This document shows, piece by piece, positions 40,002 through 50,000 of a DNA stretch of 64,000 nt. This DNA comes from a virus: positions 73,190-137,189 of the IMG/VR virus record IMGVR_UViG_3300042914_004291; one strand, written 5' to 3'. Under the pieces are notes generated by a model, which was not told the origin of the DNA, ran no database searches, and worked only from the letters and a program-made list of their open reading frames with translations. A program made the position numbers and the translations under genes. Positions within the stretch are counted from its first letter, which is position 1, and each line of letters opens with the position of its first letter.

Positions 40002-40679
40002 CTATGGCTTAGTGAAATCGCACAAGAACTCTCTATCGAACTCTTCAGGAGTCATCAATGCTTGCATATTTTCGAACCAGTCTTGGCCATAGCGTTCCAC
40101 CATTCCTGTTTTGAAGCAGTCATTCAACAGATAAGGCAATGAATTTTGTTTCCAATCATGAAAGAATTCCTTCATGGCAAAAGTCCCTGGCAAGCTTGCG
40201 ACTATGGTTTTGCTGTTTGCCATGTAAGCCATCGGCCGCATACATCTGTATGTGTCAATGATTCTTTCTTGCCACTCTATGGCGTCGGGAGATATGATCA
40301 GTAAATCTGCTGCATAACCCTTACATGGAGGAACCAGCCTTACAATGCTAGAGTTGTTTTCCCGCAAAACAATCCCGCCACCTCTCAGAAACGTGTCTGC
40401 TTTCAGGTCTGCGAATATCTTTGAGACTTGTAGAAGAATTTTAGCATTATCAGTAACAACGCAACGCCTATCGTGTCTTAGCATTTCCCAAGCACAGATA
40501 CCTGCCATGATGCTTGTGGCACCAATCTGTCTTGAGAGTCCCCAGAACATGTTTTTTTCTGTTTGGTACTGCTCAACCCATTCTATTTGGTGAGGATAAA
40601 GACCGGTTTTAGATGGACCACAGGGATTCTGGAATTGAAGATTTTTCTGCAAAAACTCTAAAAGGTCTTCCTTTATCAT
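40002..40679 (-). CDS. Degenerate paralog of the terminase ATPase domain, with no nuclease domain
   Basis: LYPHQ, SRQIGATS and ERYGQDWFE...REFLCDF align with the N-terminal half of TerL; Walker B reads LLIISPD. Confidence 0.75.
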   Translation of the reverse strand: MIKEDLLEFLQKNLQFQNPCGPSKTGLYPHQIEWVEQYQTEKNMFWGLSRQIGATSIMAGICAWEMLRHDRRCVVTDNAKILLQVSKIFADLKADTFLRGGGIVLRENNSSIVRLVPPCKGYAADLLIISPDAIEWQERIIDTYRCMRPMAYMANSKTIVASLPGTFAMKEFFHDWKQNSLPYLLNDCFKTGMVERYGQDWFENMQALMTPEEFDREFLCDFTKP

Positions 40680-40680
40680 C

Positions 40681-40709
40681 TTGACATGAAGATATAGGAA
40701 GATTAGTCT
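40681..40709 (+). promoter_or_regulatory. Sigma70-type promoter
   Basis: TTGACA-17 nt-TAGTCT upstream of ATG 40726. Confidence 0.65.
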
Positions 40710-40725
40710 TGGATGTACATAGACT

Positions 40726-41427
40726 ATGACAGAGCTATTGAAGACATCAAAGAAACATCCACCGCTTGGAAACACCAATCCGGAAAAGCAGTTGGGTTTG
40801 ACCAGAGAGCAGTTTGTTGAGGATTGTATCAAGCTAGACAGATGGCACAAACGAGCACACAAGTTTTCTTTTCAACCGTACCAGCCGATCGGGGAGGACT
40901 ACATGTGTTCTGCTTTGACGATTGCACAACAGTTTCACAACACGCTAAACAAACTCAGAGAGTGTTGGACTGACAAGATAGCAGATCAATTGTTCTGGGA
41001 ACTTCAAGTGAAAAAGATCAGAGATCACGCCGTCAGAGAATTTGATTTAACTGACGTGATGGTCAGTACGACCTATGAAGATGACATCTATCTCTTGAAT
41101 GACAAGATCGTGATGATGCGTCCAAGCCACAAGGCCAGCAGTCCGGAAACTTGGGCTTATGTTGTGATGCATGAGATTGGCCATCACGTGATCAACAGAA
41201 ACCGATCAGCTTTCAAATATTCAATAGGGAATGCCAACCAGCGTGCTTTCTTCAGTAATCCTGCCGCACAAAAAACAAAGACATACCAAGTGAGTTTGTT
41301 TGAAGTTGAAGCTGTCGCGTGGCACGAAGGTTATAAACTAGCCAAGGAGATTGGTGTTCATCTGGTGGATAGTAACTTCGACAAAGTTAAGACTAATTGC
41401 CTTCTGAGTTATGCAGTGCTAGAGTAA
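40726..41427 (+). CDS. HExxH zinc metallopeptidase-like protein (ImmA/IrrE-like)
   Basis: VVMHEIGHH plus distal EVEAVAW. Confidence 0.7.
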   Translation: MTELLKTSKKHPPLGNTNPEKQLGLTREQFVEDCIKLDRWHKRAHKFSFQPYQPIGEDYMCSALTIAQQFHNTLNKLRECWTDKIADQLFWELQVKKIRDHAVREFDLTDVMVSTTYEDDIYLLNDKIVMMRPSHKASSPETWAYVVMHEIGHHVINRNRSAFKYSIGNANQRAFFSNPAAQKTKTYQVSLFEVEAVAWHEGYKLAKEIGVHLVDSNFDKVKTNCLLSYAVLE

Positions 41428-41463
41428 GATGTCTTCTTCTCACGATTCAAGAATAAGAAACAC

Positions 41464-42801
41464 ATGAAAAATAACAGAAAAACAAGGTCATGGAGCAACA
41501 GGTATTTTGCGGCAATCATGGCTGAGATCAACAACGTCGCTGGTGTGCCGGTATATCGCAAGAACCAAAACTACGCACGACGCAGGAAGCATTCACAGAG
41601 TTCAGTGAACAAAAAGTTTGAGGCGCAGATGGCTTTGTTCAAGGACTATAAAGCCAACCCAACCAAACAAAAGTTCGACAAACTCTTCAACGACAACCTT
41701 GGGATTGTCACCTTCACAATCAATCGTTGGTTTGGTCACACTGTGTTTCAGTCAAAGCGCGATGACATGGTCCAAGAAGGTTCGATTGGATTGATGTCTG
41801 CGATTCGCAAGTTCAACCCAGACCTCGACAAAAAGTTCTCGCCTTATGCTATCCTTTGGGTGAGACAAGCAATTGTGAAGTATGTGCTGACTGACAAGAG
41901 CGTCAAGCTCCCAATGCCCTTGATGTCAGCAATCAAGAAATACAATCAAAACCCGGAGCAGTTTGAGATTGATCAGCTTGATCCGGAGAAGGCAAAAGCC
42001 AAAGGATTCAAGAACATGATGCAACGTTATCAGGTTCAGCGTTTTGATGTTTCTCTTGATGAAGAGTTCGTTAATGGGTCAGGTAAGGATGATTGCGTGA
42101 CATCTTATAAAGATCTGCTTGTGACCAACATCGACAACAGTTATTCCGGTTCTGTTTGTGATGGCTCCGGTAGTCCTTTCTTGCAGATTGGAAATGCATC
42201 ATCGTTCACAAACTATGATTTTGGCGGCGAAAACCCGGACGACTATGCCGAATATGTCGATGCCCTGACCCACCTTTCCAGAAAAGATATTGTTGTTGTT
42301 GCTCTGCGTTATGGGTTCTCAGAGGAGGAAGCAGTGATCTTTGCGGACCTTTTGCAAGCAATGGAACAGAAAGCGCAGCAGGATGATGAAGAGGCAACTC
42401 AAACCTTCAGCGGTTTGCGACAGTTCCAGCCTGTGGAAAAACGTTCTGTGAAAACAGTGAAAAAGAAAGGTGACAAACGCAAGTACATAACTCGGAAGGA
42501 CGAAGGCGCAGCCGATTTCAGAACAATCTCTGGGATTGTTAAAGAGCTAGGTTTCTCAAAGGTCAACCATGCAACTGCCAGGAACATTGTCAACAGTAGA
42601 TTGTTTGACATAGCTGAATTCATGAACAATCAGCGCGCTACCGTGACAGAACCATCAGAAGTCAAGAAACTCTCAGAAGAACAGATCAAGACGATCATCC
42701 TAACATCCCCGGCGTTCCACGCGCGCTTTGCCGAAGTCCTCAAAGGATCTTATGCCTATTTATTGAAGTCGAATAAGAAAGAAAATGAAAATGAAGTATG
42801 A
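41464..42801 (+). CDS. Sigma70-family RNA polymerase sigma factor
   Basis: Region 2 DMVQEGSIGLMSAIRKFNP...FSPYAILWVRQAI, region 3.2 VSLDEE and region 4 start LSRKDIVVVALRYG. Confidence 0.88.
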   Translation: MKNNRKTRSWSNRYFAAIMAEINNVAGVPVYRKNQNYARRRKHSQSSVNKKFEAQMALFKDYKANPTKQKFDKLFNDNLGIVTFTINRWFGHTVFQSKRDDMVQEGSIGLMSAIRKFNPDLDKKFSPYAILWVRQAIVKYVLTDKSVKLPMPLMSAIKKYNQNPEQFEIDQLDPEKAKAKGFKNMMQRYQVQRFDVSLDEEFVNGSGKDDCVTSYKDLLVTNIDNSYSGSVCDGSGSPFLQIGNASSFTNYDFGGENPDDYAEYVDALTHLSRKDIVVVALRYGFSEEEAVIFADLLQAMEQKAQQDDEEATQTFSGLRQFQPVEKRSVKTVKKKGDKRKYITRKDEGAADFRTISGIVKELGFSKVNHATARNIVNSRLFDIAEFMNNQRATVTEPSEVKKLSEEQIKTIILTSPAFHARFAEVLKGSYAYLLKSNKKENENEV

Positions 42802-43078
42802 CCTAGACTCTTACCTCAGCAGAAAGAGAATCACCCTAGAAGAGTTTGCAAAGTCAAACAATCTGAAAACAGTAAACGATCTTGGAATGTTCATCCTGAA
42901 CAACAAAACGTTTGATATCAGCGATACATTCGTTGAAAAAATGACTGCACTTCTTGTAGCGAATGAACCAAAAGAACTCCCAGTTGAAGAGCTGGAGATT
43001 ATTTCTCCGGCGTCTGAGCCTGAAGAAGACCAAACAGTTAAACCTGTCAAGAAATCATCAAAGAAACAAGTCGTCTGA
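42785..43078 (+). CDS. Hypothetical protein
   Basis: 97 aa, TATTTA upstream (42757-42762). Confidence 0.75.
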   Translation: MKMKYDLDSYLSRKRITLEEFAKSNNLKTVNDLGMFILNNKTFDISDTFVEKMTALLVANEPKELPVEELEIISPASEPEEDQTVKPVKKSSKKQVV

Positions 43079-43083
43079 ATAGC

Positions 43084-43293
43084 TCACTCGTCATCGGTTG
43101 CGAATCTGTCGTAGCTATCTTCTTCTTCATCGCCACCAGATCTGCTTGTGGCTAGTTCATACAAAAAACTGATTGTGTCTTCAAGAGACGATGCCGTGGC
43201 GCCTTCGAGCTCAAACTCATGAGCTTCGAGGAATGTTTGCAGAGCATCGGCCATTCTGTTGAGTTTTCTTTTTTCTTGTTCGGTGAGTGTCAT
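43084..43293 (-). CDS. Small acidic hypothetical protein
   Basis: 69-aa ORF filling the intergenic gap. Confidence 0.65.
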   Translation of the reverse strand: MTLTEQEKRKLNRMADALQTFLEAHEFELEGATASSLEDTISFLYELATSRSGGDEEEDSYDRFATDDE

Positions 43294-43331
43294 TGTGTTT
43301 GATTATCTCTAGTCAGCCTAATATAGTGTGC

Positions 43332-43679
43332 TCAATATGGAATGGCTGAGATTTTCATGTTCCTGTTGTAGAAGGGCGCCCAGTAGAGCAAAGGCCCTTT
43401 CTCGGCCGACTCAGCACTTAAGCACTTCAGCAAGATGTTGTTCCTGGAGTCCACTACGACATCTAAGAGTGCAAATTTACATCCAATGTTCTGTGTGAAT
43501 TTTGCACGTTCGGTTAGGCTGCGCATTTCATGCATTGCTTCTTCATGCTCTAGACAGTGGAAAGCAACATAGTTCTTTCGCATGCTGTTTTGTGGTTCGA
43601 TCACACAGATTTTGCCAATGTGTTTTTTCAGCTCCTTGACAAGAGTTGGTTGTTTGTATAAGCTAGGTTCTATGAACAT
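43332..43679 (-). CDS. Hypothetical protein; start uncertain
   Basis: Open frame divergent from the KTSC gene and overlapping its promoter. Confidence 0.45.
   Translation of the reverse strand: MFIEPSLYKQPTLVKELKKHIGKICVIEPQNSMRKNYVAFHCLEHEEAMHEMRSLTERAKFTQNIGCKFALLDVVVDSRNNILLKCLSAESAEKGPLLYWAPFYNRNMKISAIPY
43636..43664 (+). promoter_or_regulatory. Sigma70-type promoter, leaderless
   Basis: TTGACA-17 nt-TAAGCT, then 7 nt and ATG 43672. Confidence 0.7.
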
Positions 43680-43932
43680 TGGAACAGAGACGCTGTTTAC
43701 TGGCGAGGCGAGGTTTACTTCATTCATTCCGTCAACTCCTTCAACAACCATCAAGGGAGCCTATCACGATAGACTTCATAATGAACTCGTGATCAATTTT
43801 ATAAATGGATCTTCGTACAAGCTTGAGGGTGTCACAACTGATATCTATGAACAGTTTGTCAGTGCGCCTTCACACGGATCGTTTTTCAACAAGATGCTGA
43901 AAGGCAAATACACCACACACAAACTCTGCTGA
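43672..43932 (+). CDS. KTSC-domain protein
   Basis: Pattern STTI...YH.....LVINF.NGS.Y...GV....Y..FV.APSHGSFFNK.LKGKY. Confidence 0.85.
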   Translation: MNIGTETLFTGEARFTSFIPSTPSTTIKGAYHDRLHNELVINFINGSSYKLEGVTTDIYEQFVSAPSHGSFFNKMLKGKYTTHKLC

Positions 43933-43988
43933 GGTGGTGTTGCAGTAAGTCAAACATCGACGCTACAGCCCTTGTTAATCCACGTAGC

Positions 43989-45584
43989 ATGCGTAAACAA
44001 AATTCACGAGTAGGTCTTGCATTTATTCTCAGAGAGGATTCTGGGGATTATAGTGGGGAGCCATCGTTCCAGGGTGGGCCGTTAGGTTTTGGCGGCAGGC
44101 AACAGCTAGCAAATCCTGTCATAACACCAGGGCTTCAAGATCCAGCAGAGGAGAAATATTACCCTGTTGTACCTTCTCTTTATCCTGCATTGTTTGCGCA
44201 AGAGAAAGATCCGGTTTCTCAACTTGATGAATCGGATGCACTGAAACCCGGCAAGAAGCTTTTGTTGTTGGTGCACCCAGACATTGTGTTTGAAATGTCA
44301 ACCGCCAACATGCAAACATATCTCAAGAGAGTTGAGGATGAAGTGCTTCGGTTCGACTACGTGATCACACACCTGTTTTATTCGCCAGAGTTTAAGCCGG
44401 AATGGCTGTCACGTGACCCAACACACAACCACATCTTCCAAAATTTCATGAAGATGATCCGTCGAAATTCAAACTTGATTAAATGGGACAACCCAAGGTT
44501 CATGGCTTCGCTAAAACAGGAATTGCCATATTATCTGATCGATAATCCTGGAACAACAATCTATTTGGCTGGTGGATATAAAGATATCTGTGTCAAAGCC
44601 ACTCATGAGATGATGAATGATAAACTCGGAACCATCATACGTGACACGGACACTTCGGTTGTTTGTTATCAGCCACTGATGATTCAAAGCCGTGATTCCG
44701 ACCTGGGATCATTGAAAGAATACACAAGAGCCCGCGGCGATATTCTCTACAAAGACCTCCCGGGAGGACCGGCAATGAACACACTGGACAAACCAGTGGA
44801 TCATGTACCTCATGGAGAAGACTCAGAGAACAAACTTGATACTGATGCTTATGGAGTTCAACATCTGATTCCAAACGGAAGAGATGACATCGATCCAGGA
44901 GAGCAATACATGGTTGATGATCTAGATGATTCAAGCACCGAAGGATTGAACCTAGACAAAGCAAACATCATGGCTTCTCCAAATGATTTCAACGTGACTT
45001 CGCCAAGTTATCGCGGGAAAGTACAAAATCCACCAAGCACTGTGTTTGATCAGCTGGTGAAACCAGTTAATTGGATTGAGATGGAAACCGGAACAGATCA
45101 ACCCTATCTTCCAGGCGAGATCAATGACCAGGATTTCGAATTCAGAGTGATGCAGGCAGGCAACATAGTCAAACCTGTAAACTGGGTTGGTAATGGTGAT
45201 GACAGGAACAACAACAACATGGACAAACCATACCTGAAGCCTGACTATTACTTAAGTGAACTTATGAGCAAGAAAGACAACACGCCAGCAGTCGCCAAAC
45301 CAAAACCAACTGGAAACGGACTGGGAACAGTTCAGAAACGTTTTGACAGTTTCCCAAAGAAAGGCAAAGATGACAAAACTGAACCTTTCGCAGACAAAAC
45401 AGTTGAGCCAAAGACAAGCAACGCCGCCAAGTCAACGAGTGCAAACGTTGCCAATGGCAATGACGAAACAAACATGAACTCATGGAACATTTCAAACCTG
45501 TCAGATGAACAGGTCGAAATCATTCAAGAGAAGGTCATGAGATCCGTGATTGCAAAGTTGCAGAAACTCAGCCAACGCCATTGA
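43989..45584 (+). CDS. Hypothetical protein with a possible cysteine-hydrolase-like domain and acidic repeats
   Basis: LLLLVHPD and YLAGGYKDICV; repeated KPVNW...D.PYL units. Confidence 0.7.
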   Translation: MRKQNSRVGLAFILREDSGDYSGEPSFQGGPLGFGGRQQLANPVITPGLQDPAEEKYYPVVPSLYPALFAQEKDPVSQLDESDALKPGKKLLLLVHPDIVFEMSTANMQTYLKRVEDEVLRFDYVITHLFYSPEFKPEWLSRDPTHNHIFQNFMKMIRRNSNLIKWDNPRFMASLKQELPYYLIDNPGTTIYLAGGYKDICVKATHEMMNDKLGTIIRDTDTSVVCYQPLMIQSRDSDLGSLKEYTRARGDILYKDLPGGPAMNTLDKPVDHVPHGEDSENKLDTDAYGVQHLIPNGRDDIDPGEQYMVDDLDDSSTEGLNLDKANIMASPNDFNVTSPSYRGKVQNPPSTVFDQLVKPVNWIEMETGTDQPYLPGEINDQDFEFRVMQAGNIVKPVNWVGNGDDRNNNNMDKPYLKPDYYLSELMSKKDNTPAVAKPKPTGNGLGTVQKRFDSFPKKGKDDKTEPFADKTVEPKTSNAAKSTSANVANGNDETNMNSWNISNLSDEQVEIIQEKVMRSVIAKLQKLSQRH

Positions 45585-45984
45585 AACCAGCGCTCGCTGT
45601 CGGCACCAGGAAGAAACCTGGATTGTTGAGCGGCGATGCGACATCAGTCAGACCAGCTAGAACAGTAAATCCTGTTGAAACACCGGCAGCACCAGACAAA
45701 AACAATCTGTCGACCCTGAGATCGGCAGTGAAGCTCTCTCCGTCGCGCAGGATGAAATATCTGCTGTTGTAGGTATTGAAACCATTTCTGGTGAAACCAA
45801 CAGCCAACTGAGTCCCAGAACCGGTGACTGCATTGTTTTTGATGTACACGAATCGGGCAACGTTCAGAAAGTCTAGCTCAGTGATGTCGCCTAGAGCAAT
45901 CTGTGAAGAAGTCACCCACGGCACCGCGCTCAACTGATAAGATGGTACGTGGTATTCACCTGGATTGAATGGGTTGTTAAGCAT
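45568..45984 (-). CDS. Hypothetical structural protein
   Basis: 138 aa, beta-rich, with VTGSG/LSGA/TASAG segments like those in the sheath and capsid proteins; TACTTA upstream (46006-46011). Confidence 0.75.
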   Translation of the reverse strand: MLNNPFNPGEYHVPSYQLSAVPWVTSSQIALGDITELDFLNVARFVYIKNNAVTGSGTQLAVGFTRNGFNTYNSRYFILRDGESFTADLRVDRLFLSGAAGVSTGFTVLAGLTDVASPLNNPGFFLVPTASAGFNGVG

Positions 45985-46032
45985 TTTTTCTGTTATCTCT
46001 GGTCCTAAGTAGTGCCGTCATGACGAGCATTC

Positions 46033-46062
46033 TTGACTAGTCGTACTGGGTCATGCTACAGT
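46033..46062 (+). promoter_or_regulatory. Sigma70-type promoter, near-leaderless
   Basis: TTGACT-18 nt-TACAGT with TG extension, then 8 nt and ATG 46071. Confidence 0.65.
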
Positions 46063-46070
46063 GATACACC

Positions 46071-46511
46071 ATGACAGAACCACCAACAAGCGAGGAGCCA
46101 GCGCAACAAATAGTTTATGAACTTTATTCAAACCACCAGCCGGGTCGCGATGGCTCCTTGATGCAAGGAGTCCTGCTAGCACTCAAGCACAGACTGTATG
46201 TGCCAAGCATTGATTTTTGCATGCGTGAGGAGTTTGTTGACCTGAAGCATGACAGCGTCCATACAGAAACAACCAATGATCATCAGATGGTGTTGGCAAA
46301 AGATTCCCAGTCTGGGAAATATGTGTGCTGTTTGTATCTCAGATTTCTGCACATGCAGGCTTTCACACGCAAAGCATATCGAAAACGTGGAATAGCAAAA
46401 ACCGCCGTTAAACGTTTTGGAGAACTACCAGATGGCGTCTATGCTCTTAGTGGAATCAAAGGAGCTTTTGTGTTCTGGGAAAAAGCCGGTATAAAATCAT
46501 CTAGATGGTAA
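46071..46511 (+). CDS. GNAT-family acetyltransferase
   Basis: Acetyl-CoA motif A FTRKAYRKRGIAKTAV and C-terminal A..FWEKAG. Confidence 0.78.
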   Translation: MTEPPTSEEPAQQIVYELYSNHQPGRDGSLMQGVLLALKHRLYVPSIDFCMREEFVDLKHDSVHTETTNDHQMVLAKDSQSGKYVCCLYLRFLHMQAFTRKAYRKRGIAKTAVKRFGELPDGVYALSGIKGAFVFWEKAGIKSSRW

Positions 46512-47011
46512 TGGGAGCTATGAAGAAGAAGAATAAGAAGCAAAAGGGCAAGGTCGACGAAGTTCCGAAAAAGAAACGCGGACGTCCTAGCAATGCAGAA
46601 TTGGCTGAACGAACAAAGGCCAAACGTCATGAGCACGATGCTGTGCGCGAACAGTTGCTTTCAGCAATTGAAGCAAGCACTACAATGATCGCCAGTGGGA
46701 GTTTGCCGCAAAACACATCTGACATGTCTACTGCTGTGCTACAAAAGCCAAAGTATCCTGTCTTCTTCATTGGAGAAGATGTCAGCATGGGCTGGTGGGA
46801 AAACCTGTACGAAGGCTGTGTCGTAGACGACCCAGACCCAATAAACGGAGCATTGTGCAGGGTCAAGTGGGATGATGGCAGGATCTCATGGCATGCAAAG
46901 GAAAACCTCCGATCGATGTTCAAAGCCAAGCAGCGGAAAGTGAAGAGAACAATCTATGGCGATCAGCAAAGAGTCAGTCGCAATCTTGAAGACACTTCAA
47001 GTATTGATTGA
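46505..47011 (+). CDS. Basic protein with an AT-hook and an SH3/Tudor-like domain; start may be 46520
   Basis: KKKRGRPS, and FFIGEDV...WW..LYEG.V...CRVKWDDG..SW...ENL. Confidence 0.65.
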   Translation: MVMGAMKKKNKKQKGKVDEVPKKKRGRPSNAELAERTKAKRHEHDAVREQLLSAIEASTTMIASGSLPQNTSDMSTAVLQKPKYPVFFIGEDVSMGWWENLYEGCVVDDPDPINGALCRVKWDDGRISWHAKENLRSMFKAKQRKVKRTIYGDQQRVSRNLEDTSSID

Positions 47012-47094
47012 AAGAACAGACACAATAATCACCCAGCTCAAAACACTGAGCAATCGACAGGAAAAGCTAGAAAAGCTCCTACAAGAAATAACGA

Positions 47095-50000
47095 ATGACA
47101 AAAAATAATATCAGGCCACCAACTAAGTTTGTCAATCTTCACGGGCACAGCGTCGTCGGGTCGCCCGGTGATGCGATCGATTTCCCAGACAAACATGTTG
47201 AGTTTGCAGTAAAGAATGGCTCTGATGCCATCGCTCTAACAGACCATGGTTCAATGGCTGGGATATCCTTCTTCAAGCTAGCTGTTGACAAGATCAACGG
47301 CAAATCATCCGAGAAACCTAGATTCAAGGGTATTCCCGGTGTCGAAGCATATTTCATCGACAGTTTGCCACGCTGGAGACAGCTTCTTGCCGAAGACAAA
47401 GCCACCAAGGAAGAAGCGGCCAGAGCCAAGCTGAAACCAACTCAAGAAATCAGTGGTGGTGAGGATTGGTCTGGCGATGATGATGCAACCAAGGCTGCGC
47501 AGGAGTCGCTTGATTCTGTTCGACCAACAGTTGTGGCCGATGATAGCGATGAAGACAAGACAGTAATTGAGAGTGAAGAGGAATCCAAGTCAAACAAATG
47601 GCTGAATCCTCTCATGCAAAGAAATCACATTGTCCTCTTGCCAAAGAACAGCGCCGGTCTGAAAACAATATTCAGGATCGTCTCTGAGAGTTATAGAGAC
47701 GGTTTCTATCGATATCCCAGGCTGGACATGGACATGCTCCGGAAATACTCTAATGGGAATATAGTGGCCCTCTCTGCGTGTGTTGCTGGCCGTCTCGCAA
47801 AGACTGTCTACGACAACATGCCAGATCCAACAAACAAAGACTCGTGGAAACCAGAAGAGTTCTTGACAGCAAACCATGACCAAGTTCAGAACGAACTTGC
47901 AAAGGTCATTGGAGAGTTTCAAGACGCTCTAGGGCCAGAGAACTATTATCTTGAGCTTCAATTCAACTCTCTACCGCATCAAACAATAGTGAACAAACAC
48001 CTGATTGAAGCCTCGGCCAGAACTGGTGCTAGACTTGTTGCAACGTGTGACAGTCACTATGCTTGTCCGGAACACTGGAGAGAGCGTGAAATCTACAAAG
48101 CCATGGCTTGGTCATCAAAGACCAAAGGCGAAGTAGACATGAAATCAATCCCTGAAACTTTGGACCAACAGCATTATCAGCTGTATCCAAAGAATGCTGG
48201 CCAGATGTGGGACAGCTTCGAAACTTATTGCCGCAAGAACTATCCGGATCTCTACACCAACTTAGACATAGAGAAGATCAGAGACGCCATTGAACTAACT
48301 CATGAGATCGCACATGATCAGATTGGTGAGATCAGTTTCGACACCAGCATCAAATACCCAAGAGTCAACAAACTGGTCGATGCTCCCAGACTCCTAGCCA
48401 TTGAAGAGAAGTTTGGCCGAGAGCTCTCAGAAAATGACGTTGTGATGAAAGAACTTGCCCATCGCGTTGTGCAAGGACTTAAGTTCAGAAAGAAAGCCAA
48501 CGATCAGAAATATGTTGATCGCTGCAAAGAAGAATTGAATGTCATCAAACACCTCAGCCTTCAGAAATATTTCTTAACATATGCCAAGATCTTGGAAGTA
48601 GTGACAAAACACATGACCACTGGCCCGGGACGCGGCTCGGCCGCTGGTTCGTTGGTCCTGTATGTTCTTAACATCACGCAGGTTGACCCAATCAAATATG
48701 GGCTGTTGTTCGAGCGTTTCCTAACAAGGTTCAAACGTGGCGCAGCGGATATCGATCTGGACTATTCTGACAGAGAGAAAGCACTGGAATTGATCAGTGA
48801 TCACTTTGGTCATGAAGCCGTGTTGCCAGTGACAAACTTCAACCAACTCAAGCTGAAAAGCTTGATCAAAGATCTAGCCAGGATGTATGCTCTTCCATAT
48901 GATGAGATCAATCAAAAGACATATGCAATCGACAGAGAGGCTAGGGCAGAAGCGCGTAAAGATGAGAATTTCGATGCAGGCGTCTGGGAGCTCACATATG
49001 ATGAAGCAGTCAAGAGCTCTCCAACCTTCAGAGAATTAATTGAACAGTATCCTCAGTTGGATTCCAGCCTCAAGGTGCTATATCGACAAGTCAGAGGTCT
49101 GAGCACACACGCTAGCGGTGTTGGGATTTATACTGGAGATCCTGAAGAACTGCCGATCATCAAATTTGGTAAGCTGTTTCAGACACCATGGCCAGAGGGT
49201 CAAAACTATCGCCACCTAGAAGCATTTGGTGTGTTGAAGTATGACGTGCTCGGTCTAGGTACTCTGAGAATGCATGAGAAGTGCATTGAGAAGATTTTGC
49301 AAAAACAGTACGGCCGACAACGTATCAGCTTTGCTGAGATCAGCTCTTGGTATTACAAGAACATTCACCCAGACAACAACAACCTGGATGATCAAGAAGT
49401 CTATAAGAACATTTTCTGGGACTCTAAGGAGGTTGGTGTGTTCCAGTGGGTTGCTGACAATGTCAAAGCATTCACTGCCTCTCTTAAGCCAAACAAGATA
49501 GAAGACCTGTCTGCTATCACGGCAACATTTCGTCCTGGCCCTATGAAAGCTGGAGTTGATAAACTTCTGTTGAACAACAGGAGGAATGTCAATGATGCAA
49601 TTGAGAGTTTGCCGCATCCAAGCTTGGCGCCAATTCTCGCGGACACGGACTACGTTCTGATCTATCAAGAGCAAGTACAGAAGATCTTCCACGTACTAGC
49701 AGGGATTCCACTAGATCAGACCGATGACGTTCGCAAAGCATTCACCAAGAGGGATCTGTCCAACCTTGAAAAGACAAAGAAAGACCGCTTGAAACTCAAG
49801 GAGGAGTTTGTGAAGAATTGCGGCGAACACTCCAAGCTCTCCCCAGCTGATGCTGCAAAGATCTTCGACTATATGGAGAAGTATGTTGCGTACAGCTTCA
49901 ACTTGTCACACAGTATCTCATATGCAATCGTAGCATATCAGTGTGCATGGCTGCAACATTATTTCCCAAATGAGTGGATCACTACGTACATCGACTACTG

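Noticed and set aside
40680-40862. N-terminal extension of the terminase-like ORF as given in the ORF track
   Set aside because: It overlaps the divergent HExxH gene and its promoter; similarity to TerL begins at ATG 40679.
47380-47620. Intein in DnaE (or in TerL)
   Set aside because: The insertion is short and acidic, without Cys/Ser start, His-Asn end or LAGLIDADG motifs. TerL is of normal length.
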